64,000 bases of DNA from an uncultured Clostridia bacterium (lineage in GTDB: Bacteria; Bacillota; Clostridia; Christensenellales; CAG-917). The stretch is taken from contig CANQBO010000006.1 in assembly GCA_947589475.1 (NCBI GenBank), positions 9,214 to 73,213 on the forward strand. Reading direction: 5' to 3'. The notes under the pieces were generated by a model. That model saw nothing but the letters and a program-made list of their open reading frames with translations, did no database searches and was not told where the DNA came from. The stretch's first letter is position 1. Every line of letters starts with the position of its first letter. This document shows, piece after piece, positions 58,001 through 64,000 of this stretch. Position numbers and translations under genes: made by a program.

Positions 58001-58153
58001 GTTCTTGCCGACTCGCTTGAGGAGAACCGCAAAGACGATCACGATCAACAGTATAACTGCCACCTGTGCGATCAAAAGCCAGAAAAGCGCGTTTTCAAGC
58101 GGCCAATCGAATTCTTTGCCGAACAAAACTATTGTGTTTAACAAATTGAGCAT
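55013..58153 (-). CDS. 1046-aa membrane-anchored repeat protein: N-terminal TM helix, five Ig-like repeats, an unassigned ~175-aa domain, a long acidic tail and a basic C-terminus
   Basis: The TM helix is LFWLLIAQVAVILLIVIVFAVLL. Five ~100-aa units carry F-x-VGD-x-F-x-CDGL...GCYVIKPD...G+.AV.V.Y. The tail is E/T/P-rich with (ETPVE)n. The gene starts 19 nt after the upstream giant gene. Confidence 0.8.
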   Translation of the reverse strand: MLNLLNTIVLFGKEFDWPLENALFWLLIAQVAVILLIVIVFAVLLKRVGKNEVVVDTKPAERVLQGVSLDTSMAQRYFAVGEDFNCDGLAAVANFNLDPVTEPIPVITVISHEQLDTLQKSGHIEECYILKPDTSKEGKIAVTVNYRGKQAMYYIAVGQQQEQQNVAVVTALAEPQPVAERALTGLTLDLGVVKREFTVGDAFECDGLVIKANYSLAPLEEIITEYKLIDKEVFDGIASEELSGCYVIKPDMDSEGKVAVNIRYKDRSAVYMVVVKEAEEAPLEEIATEEIKPRSLINIDLDLGIVQREFTLGDEFNCDGLIVNAEYDADPRKESIAEYTVIGEDEFAVLSDEEKAEGCYVIVPDLSSVGKTAIEVRYNGQTALYSVAVNEPKPEEEPQALAEEPEQEDTLSEEEVVRTLVGISLDVRVVPREFTVGDEFDCDGLLITADYDSDPMTESLIEYTLLTEEEYNELPEDKIEGLYVIKPDMSEAGKRAVTVHYGKFTAYYTISVEDAEEEVAPERTLVYISVNTDNVKKDFTAGDAFDCNGLVVTAHFNTEPLEMEIDDYSVVAPDMSKEGTAAVSILYQDRTVGYRVNIAAAPEAQREKRGFDLGDEEFFEGGVLRYDRSFTARFIQSDDEIKIWYTKLKNEMLSYKKVKARMSWKRETFRFGRETVARLGYRGNTLCIFLPLDPADYVDSKYKVEDVSDSPSHVDTPCMYRLKNEKRVRLAIELFATVMERLGAVRVERIAEDYYLPYEGIVQLIDKGLAKRVIKSKADEAIFTQGAPAEEAEAAADKEPAPTEDILTDEHTHAEEQTLAEEQAPAEEQAPAEETATNETPSEEENASIADLTTEPTQDVDETQLEEDPVEEAETDGSLKIESEQENSEQTDEAPADEQQTEATAEDNTIEETKTQEEAPSNEDVETAEETLVEETPVEETPVEETPVEETPVEETPVEETPIEENSAEETPAEEMPNEEETVAAETELEDADSEDAPKEDSLSPEEDGEKDEEGDSGDNKDFSSGLSTEQLRWNGKNRKRHKSRR
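55269..55358. repeat. 15-bp tandem repeat (5 perfect + 1 near-perfect units) inside the acidic tail coding region
   Basis: GGAGTTTCCTCTACG occurs five times (55269-55343) and a sixth unit has one mismatch. The repeat encodes ETPVE on the minus strand. Confidence 0.9.
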
Positions 58154-58172
58154 AATGGGTTACCTGCCTTTG

Positions 58173-61100
58173 TTATATATTTTTATTTTTTTTGTCTTTC
58201 TTGCGTTTGATGAAGATCAAAGCGCAAGCAAGTATGATGAACTGAGACATAAAGATGCACACGTAAGCCGTGACGTCCATGCCGTCGCTGAATGACAATG
58301 CGTCCACCACGTTGAGCGTAAACGACGTGACCGTGCCCTTCCAATTGTCGGCTTCGTCCACTATGACTTTGACATAGTACGTGCCCGCCTCGGCGTCGAG
58401 GATGTCGGCGAAGTCCGCCTTATGTGTCATCGCGTCGTCGAGATAGAATTCAAGGCGCAAGCTGTCGTTGCCCCAAAGCGCGGTCGGGAGGTCTCCGTCG
58501 CGGAAGTTGTCTCCCATATAGACCGTGCCGTTGCCGTCATATTCCTTTGTGAACAGGTTGTCCGCCTTCTCTATGGTGTACTTGCCATGCTCGCCCAAAT
58601 CGCCTTTGAAGGTCACGGCATAGTTGGGATTGTCCCAAACGCCCTCTATCGCATACACGCCCGCATTGTGCCACTTGAGGTCCCTATCCTCGTCGCCCCA
58701 CAGCACGCTGAGCACGATGTAAAGTTCGTCGTCGCCGATCAAGCCCTTGACCTCGCCGTGAGTGAGCGCGAGTATATCCTCGGAGTACTTGCTCGTCTTG
58801 CTGTCTATGGTCACGGTGACGGGCTTTGGCACTATGGTGTAATGTCCGTATTCGACGGAAATTTCATAATTGCTGTTGTTGTCGGTGTAGACCAGCTTAT
58901 AGTTGTACACGCCCGCGTTTACGGGTTTCCCGTCCGTAAGCAGGATATTGTCGCCGTTTATGACGCTGAGGGTCAAGAATTGAATGTCATTATTTAGAAT
59001 GGCGTCTCCCTTCGCGCCTTCGGTCGCGCGGGTCACTTCAAGCAATTCTTCCTTTATCTCGTTCGGATCTTCAAACGCTTCGCCGTAGGTCTTGACAATA
59101 TCCCTCACGTGCACGGTGACTTTGCGCGCCACGACTTCGTAGAAGCTGTTTTCGGACGCGGTTATCTTATAATTCTTGCGTACCTGCTCCGTTCCCGATG
59201 TAGCCTGATCTTTGAGCCTGAGCGCATAGTATCCTTTGTCCGCAAGTTTTTGCCCGCCGTTTGTGGGATCGCCTTGAGCGCCCCACTCCCAATCGAATCC
59301 GAGCTTGTCGCCGTTGACGAGCGCGGGACCTTCCTTGCCGTCCGCGCGGTAGCTTCTGTCAAGCACATTGATGGGATCGCCGTACTCGCTCTCGCCGCCG
59401 AATTCGACCACGATGTTGCGCGGTACTATGGTGTACACCGCCGCGACCTCGGAATGTCCGCTTACGCTACCTCCGTATCTGCCGCCTTCAGCCGCCTCGT
59501 ATTTGACGTTATAGTTGGAGCTTATATCCGCAGACTTCACGATAACGGCGTACTCGCCTACGGAGAATGTGCTGTCCACCGCCATGCCGCGGTTGTCCAA
59601 AACAGTGAGTTCAAGCGAGATCTTGTCGTCGTTTACCAAAGCGTTTCCGCTTCTGCCTTCGGGACGATCGACCGTCCAGCCGACTCCGTACTCGGCGCTT
59701 GCAACGACTTCATCGCCATACTCGCTCTGTTGCGTGCCGAGCAGAGTTATGACAATATCGCGAGGCGCGATGGTGTACGTGCCGTACTGCCTCTCGCCCT
59801 CTATAAACTCGCCTGCGATCTTCACGTCGTAGTTTGGATCGGTAAACTCCGCGTCTATGCGGTATCTGCCCGCTGAAGTGCGCGCATTGATTTCATCGAC
59901 GAATACGAGTTTCAGGCCGGTGACGACGTTGTCGTTTGAGAATACCACGGCTTCCGTCTTGTTGGAGTTTGTCTCAAGCAAAGTGAATTCGTAATATGCC
60001 GCGTCGCTGCTGAGCGCGTGGTTCTCGCCGTATTCGTTCTTTTGACCCTTTATGGTGAGCTGTACTTTGCGCGGTACGACGTGATATTGCGCGTCGGTAT
60101 TGCTCTTGATCGAGTAGTTGTCGTCTGAGCCGTTTTGCGTGTAGGACAGCGTATAGTCGTTTACGCCGCTCCTGTCGCTCAAGCCGTTTACGACCAACTT
60201 GATCTGTCCTACGATCGCGTCCGTGTCGGGATAGGCGATGCCGTTGCCTTCCTTGCCCTCTCCGACGCGATGAGCAGTCCAGCCTTTGTCGAGAGTCGCC
60301 GCGGCAAGGTATGCGAGATGATCGTCGCCGTACGGATGCGTCATATCAAACATCTCGAGGCTTATCTCTCGCGGGACGATCTTGTATGTGCCCTGGATGT
60401 AGCCGTCGATCACATAGTTCTTGTTGCCGGAAATTGCCCTGGTGATCGGATATGTGCCGACATCGTTTGTGCGGACCTTTCCGTCTACCGATTTGATAGC
60501 CTCCGTAACGAATGTGACGTGCAGATCTGCGTCGGTGTCGTTGCCCGCAAGCATATTGCCGGGGCCTTCCAAGCGAGTGAACGGTATCTCTTCATCGGGG
60601 ATAATGTCGCCGTACTCGCTTTGTACGTTGCCAATAACGATAGACAAGGTGCGCGGTACGACTTCATACTTGCCCGCTTTGCCGACGTATTCGTCAGATG
60701 TATATTTGCCCGTTGCCGCCCATTCGCCTGCGAATTCCACGTCGTAGTTGTCGCCGATGTCGTCGGGCGTATCCGTCACGGTGCTCTTGCCTATGATGAT
60801 ATACACTCCGACGGGGTCGAACTTAAACTTATCCTCCACATCGCTGCCGAATTCTTGCAACGGTTTTGCGGTTTCCGCTTCAAAGATGTCGAATACGATG
60901 AAGTCGGGTCTGTCGAGTCCGATGCTTTCATAGTGGGACTTATCTTCCTGCGCCAAACCCGTGATATTGTAGTTTTCGGGCATCGCGGGGCGCATGTCGC
61001 CGTAGTTTACTTGCCTGCCGTGTATGGTGATGGTGAGTCTCTTTTTTGCGACGTTTACTTTGACGTTGTAGCTGCCCGCTCCTTCGGGATGTCCCTCCGC

Positions 61101-64000
61101 GTCCGCAAATGTCACGTTGTAGTTGGCGTTTTCATAACTGCAGACAACGTCGTATGTACCCGCTTTCAAATAGCCCGTGGCTGTCATCGCAGGATGTTTC
61201 ACGCTTATCTTGAGGTCGATGTTGTCGCTCGGAAGCACCGCGATCTCGTCGGGACGCTCGCCGCCGTCGACCATATGCACGGCTTGATATTGGTTGGAGT
61301 CATCCGCGAGGTTTTCGTGGATGTTCGCGCCGTAAACGAAGGAGAAGCTCTTCACTTTGATCAAGACGTTGCGTTGAGTGATGGTGTATGTGCCGCTGAC
61401 GCCCTTTCTATCTTCCGTCGCGCCGAAGCTACCCTCGAATTTTATATCGTAGTTGGTCGAAGTCGCTCTGCCGAATATCGCATACGTGCCCGCATTCACG
61501 GGAGCGTCGCCGTGGAATGAGAGTATTATGCCGAGAGCGGAGAGCGCCTCGCCCGTGCCGGGTACGACCTCGGGATGCGCGGCACCCGGAATGTCACTCG
61601 TCTTGATGTACCACTTTGTCGTATCAAGAGTGAATATATCGCCGTACTCGCTTGTTTGATCCTCTATCACGATCGTCAGCGTGGCGGGTTCTATGACGAT
61701 GTACACATATTCGCCTACGGGAGTCGTATAGTTGCCTATATCGACATTCTTTTCGGGAGTCGGGGTGAGATTTTCGATTATCTCGAACTTGTAAGTGCCG
61801 ACGTCATACACCTCGTTGCCGTCGACGCGCTCCCAAGTGCCGTCTGCGCCCTTCTTGTAGATGCGATAGCCGAATACGCTCTGATTGTCGTTGTTCAGCA
61901 AGACCTTATCCATCCATAAAATGCCCGACAATTCAACGTGCGGAACGACCGAGACTGCCCTATGCTCAAACTTGTACACATACTCGGGTCTGCCGTCCGC
62001 GTTTGTCCTCTGTTCGGACGCCTCGTAGCTCGGCTTCCAATCCGCCTTGAGTTGTCTCTTCGTCACGACGACGTTGTTGTAGTCGGCGCCGAATTTGATT
62101 GACATATTGTCGCCCGCTTGTATCGTCAACAAATAGGATTGTACGGTGAGATATCCGCCCGTACTTGCGTCCGTCGTTCTCGTGCTTATGGACACCTGTA
62201 CGTCCGCATTGTCGAGTAGGTACGCAACAATATTTTCAATGGCGCCCGCCTCTTCAACGCCGCCGCTTGTGATGGCGCCGCCGACGCGCGTCTTGTCGAG
62301 ATACTCGTTTGTCGCGAATGGCGCAAACAATTTGGACTTGAGCAGATTGTTGAGCGAAGTGCCTTTCGGGTCTGCGGGGACCACTACGTTGTCGTTTAGT
62401 TTATACTCCCCGTACGGAATGACGATCTCTTTGTTGTTGAGGTAGATTGTAATGTCTATGCGAGTGATGGTGAGCGTGAGCGTGAATGTCTTTTCCTTAT
62501 GATAAGGCGCTTTAACGGTCACTTCCACGGTCCACTTGCCGACTTCCTGCTCTTCGGGCGCTTTGCCTTCGTCCGCCCATGCTTTGGGAGTGCCGTCATG
62601 CTGTAGATTGCGGTACGTCACTACGACCTTCTCCGCAAGTTTGGAGTTCTCATGCCCGTCAAAGCTTACGCTGTTGCCGCCGAATGCCACGTTGCCCGCA
62701 AACAGGAGATCCTTTTCGCCGACCGCCATGCTGTGCCACGGATTGTCGGGTTTGTTGCCGCTGAAAGCGGTTTCCCTGTTCCAATTGTCGCCGTGCCAAT
62801 TGCCGTTGTTCTTGCCTTCGTCGTAGGACTGATCGTACGACTTCTTTTCGACTTCCGCTTCGGAGATCTGTATGACGCCGCAAGTGCCGTCTGCGGTCTT
62901 ATCCTTGTTTTCGTACAGCGCGTCATAGCCGTATGCTTTGTTCGTCGTGTTGATGTAGTTGTTCCACTCGCCCTTAAACGTGACGTTGTAGTTGAACTTC
63001 ATCCTGTAGTCGGTGGCATTCTTGTTGTCAAGACCATAGCCCCAATATCCGACGATGGGGTGACTTCCGACAAACGCATATGTTTCGGAGTTGTAGTCTC
63101 CGCCGAGGCGGAAGGACAAATAGCCGAGTTCGGTGGGCAGGAAGTTCTTGCCCTCTTCGGGGACATACTCCCAAGTGACGCCCTCGTCGTTGACAAGTTC
63201 TGCGCCGAAGTACAGCTTGCCGCCGTTTTTGACGTACGTGGTGCCGCCGTATTCGACGGAATTGTCTTCATCTCCGAGGTTGCGTATGTTTATGGTGATG
63301 TCGTACGGTTTGATGGTGAAAGTGCCGTCCTCGTCCTTTTCAACAGACGAGTAGTTGTAGGCTTCTTTTGTCTCGCGCTCGTACGCGAAGGTTATCGAGT
63401 AGTTGGACGCGGTGTTGCTTGCGACAAGCGCGTACGTGCCGACATAGGTGCCCGAACCCGTATTCTCGCCGTACGTTGCGGTGTCGGTGGCATTGCCCTT
63501 GACAAGGTTGACCCTCAGCGCTTCAAGCGTATCTTTGGGACCGAGCACGCCGTAGTCGTTGTTTGTTCCGCCATCGGGCGTCCACGTTGCGGTGTTGTTG
63601 CCGCGCCATGCGTACCAGCCGTGCTGATCGATGGTTATGTCATCGCGGTAGGTGATCGCTTGCGGCTTGATGACGACGACTATTGCGCGCGGAGTGATGG
63701 TCAGCGTGCCGCCATTGCCGTTGGTCATGCCTTCGGAAGCATTCCATGACCCGACAAAGTGCAGGTCGTAGTTCTTGCCGACTTCGCCGTTTACGGCGTA
63801 TTGTCCGAGGATCTGATATCTGCCGGCATCGGTATATTCGTCCGCCGATGTGGACAATTTGATGCCGAGGGCATCTACAGTGTCGCTGCTGTTGGTGTAG
63901 ACGGTATCGGGGTCTTTATTCCAATCGTCGGGCAGTTCCCAACCGCTCTTGTCATTGACGTTGACTTTTTCGCCGTACTCGCTCTTTTGGTCTTTTATCG
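58173..64000 (-). CDS. Giant cell-surface repeat protein (MBG / YGX-type-like modules), C-terminally tail-anchored; 5' end beyond the right edge (more than 1940 aa in the window)
   Basis: The track ORF starts at TTG 63857, but hand translation stays open from 63858 to 64000 (...KSEYGEKVNVNDKSGWELPDDW...). At least 15 modules carry Y-x-(I/V)-x-P+-x-(I/L/V)-x-(I/V)...(S/K)EYGD. The C-terminus VTAYVCIFMSQFIILACALIFIKRKKDKKNKNI is a TM helix plus a basic tail, and there is no LPXTG motif. Confidence 0.8.
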   Translation of the reverse strand, partial: IKDQKSEYGEKVNVNDKSGWELPDDWNKDPDTVYTNSSDTVDALGIKLSTSADEYTDAGRYQILGQYAVNGEVGKNYDLHFVGSWNASEGMTNGNGGTLTITPRAIVVVIKPQAITYRDDITIDQHGWYAWRGNNTATWTPDGGTNNDYGVLGPKDTLEALRVNLVKGNATDTATYGENTGSGTYVGTYALVASNTASNYSITFAYERETKEAYNYSSVEKDEDGTFTIKPYDITINIRNLGDEDNSVEYGGTTYVKNGGKLYFGAELVNDEGVTWEYVPEEGKNFLPTELGYLSFRLGGDYNSETYAFVGSHPIVGYWGYGLDNKNATDYRMKFNYNVTFKGEWNNYINTTNKAYGYDALYENKDKTADGTCGVIQISEAEVEKKSYDQSYDEGKNNGNWHGDNWNRETAFSGNKPDNPWHSMAVGEKDLLFAGNVAFGGNSVSFDGHENSKLAEKVVVTYRNLQHDGTPKAWADEGKAPEEQEVGKWTVEVTVKAPYHKEKTFTLTLTITRIDITIYLNNKEIVIPYGEYKLNDNVVVPADPKGTSLNNLLKSKLFAPFATNEYLDKTRVGGAITSGGVEEAGAIENIVAYLLDNADVQVSISTRTTDASTGGYLTVQSYLLTIQAGDNMSIKFGADYNNVVVTKRQLKADWKPSYEASEQRTNADGRPEYVYKFEHRAVSVVPHVELSGILWMDKVLLNNDNQSVFGYRIYKKGADGTWERVDGNEVYDVGTYKFEIIENLTPTPEKNVDIGNYTTPVGEYVYIVIEPATLTIVIEDQTSEYGDIFTLDTTKWYIKTSDIPGAAHPEVVPGTGEALSALGIILSFHGDAPVNAGTYAIFGRATSTNYDIKFEGSFGATEDRKGVSGTYTITQRNVLIKVKSFSFVYGANIHENLADDSNQYQAVHMVDGGERPDEIAVLPSDNIDLKISVKHPAMTATGYLKAGTYDVVCSYENANYNVTFADAEGHPEGAGSYNVKVNVAKKRLTITIHGRQVNYGDMRPAMPENYNITGLAQEDKSHYESIGLDRPDFIVFDIFEAETAKPLQEFGSDVEDKFKFDPVGVYIIIGKSTVTDTPDDIGDNYDVEFAGEWAATGKYTSDEYVGKAGKYEVVPRTLSIVIGNVQSEYGDIIPDEEIPFTRLEGPGNMLAGNDTDADLHVTFVTEAIKSVDGKVRTNDVGTYPITRAISGNKNYVIDGYIQGTYKIVPREISLEMFDMTHPYGDDHLAYLAAATLDKGWTAHRVGEGKEGNGIAYPDTDAIVGQIKLVVNGLSDRSGVNDYTLSYTQNGSDDNYSIKSNTDAQYHVVPRKVQLTIKGQKNEYGENHALSSDAAYYEFTLLETNSNKTEAVVFSNDNVVTGLKLVFVDEINARTSAGRYRIDAEFTDPNYDVKIAGEFIEGERQYGTYTIAPRDIVITLLGTQQSEYGDEVVASAEYGVGWTVDRPEGRSGNALVNDDKISLELTVLDNRGMAVDSTFSVGEYAVIVKSADISSNYNVKYEAAEGGRYGGSVSGHSEVAAVYTIVPRNIVVEFGGESEYGDPINVLDRSYRADGKEGPALVNGDKLGFDWEWGAQGDPTNGGQKLADKGYYALRLKDQATSGTEQVRKNYKITASENSFYEVVARKVTVHVRDIVKTYGEAFEDPNEIKEELLEVTRATEGAKGDAILNNDIQFLTLSVINGDNILLTDGKPVNAGVYNYKLVYTDNNSNYEISVEYGHYTIVPKPVTVTIDSKTSKYSEDILALTHGEVKGLIGDDELYIVLSVLWGDEDRDLKWHNAGVYAIEGVWDNPNYAVTFKGDLGEHGKYTIEKADNLFTKEYDGNGTVYMGDNFRDGDLPTALWGNDSLRLEFYLDDAMTHKADFADILDAEAGTYYVKVIVDEADNWKGTVTSFTLNVVDALSFSDGMDVTAYVCIFMSQFIILACALIFIKRKKDKKNKNI

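Overview
This is a 64-kb chromosomal segment that looks like a spore-forming Clostridia-class Firmicute. That placement is an inference from spoIIE, a Gram-positive infC-rpmI-rplT operon with an L20-type leader, a 514-aa Firmicute-type GalT and frequent lipoboxes. No database search was possible, so all calls rest on motif recognition in the ORF track plus hand reading of the DNA. About 45 of roughly 50 protein genes lie on the minus strand, and most long plus-strand ORFs in the track are antisense shadows. Core content, left to right: a partial lipoprotein, a lipoprotein, thrS, a DivIVA-like gene, pncB, lgt, galK/galT (divergent), a PHP phosphoesterase, rmuC, cca, hpt, tilS and spoIIE. Next comes an eight-gene pyrimidine operon (pyrC-carA-carB-pyrK-pyrD-pyrF-pyrE-pyrB), followed by a nitroreductase, iscU-nifS, yebC, a TrmH-family methyltransferase and rplT-rpmI-infC. 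Then come a fused MacB-type ABC ATPase/permease, a 50-aa ORF, two paralogous double-HTH XRE regulators, efp, an M24 peptidase, rny, an M16 peptidase, a PdaB-like deacetylase, two lipoproteins, ppiB, a HI0933-type flavoprotein and tRNA-Val(GAC). The window ends with a DUF4926-like gene and an operon of two very large repeat proteins, the last of which runs off the right edge. No CRISPR array, transposase, integrase or recognisable defence gene was seen. Six observations are worth a second look. (1) Two homologous ~300-bp non-coding modules built around an iterated CTCRGACAR 9-mer each start at the stop codon of a minus-strand gene, and they bracket the ABC/XRE cassette. (2) The short thrS leader carries a tRNA-Thr anticodon-arm mimic instead of a T-box. 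(3) PyrB is fused to only the zinc domain of PyrI. (4) The giant MBG-like tail-anchored protein is paired with a 1046-aa Ig-repeat protein. (5) An orphan promoter-terminator unit sits beside tRNA-Val. (6) Several short exact repeats and operator-like palindromes lie in 5' regions.
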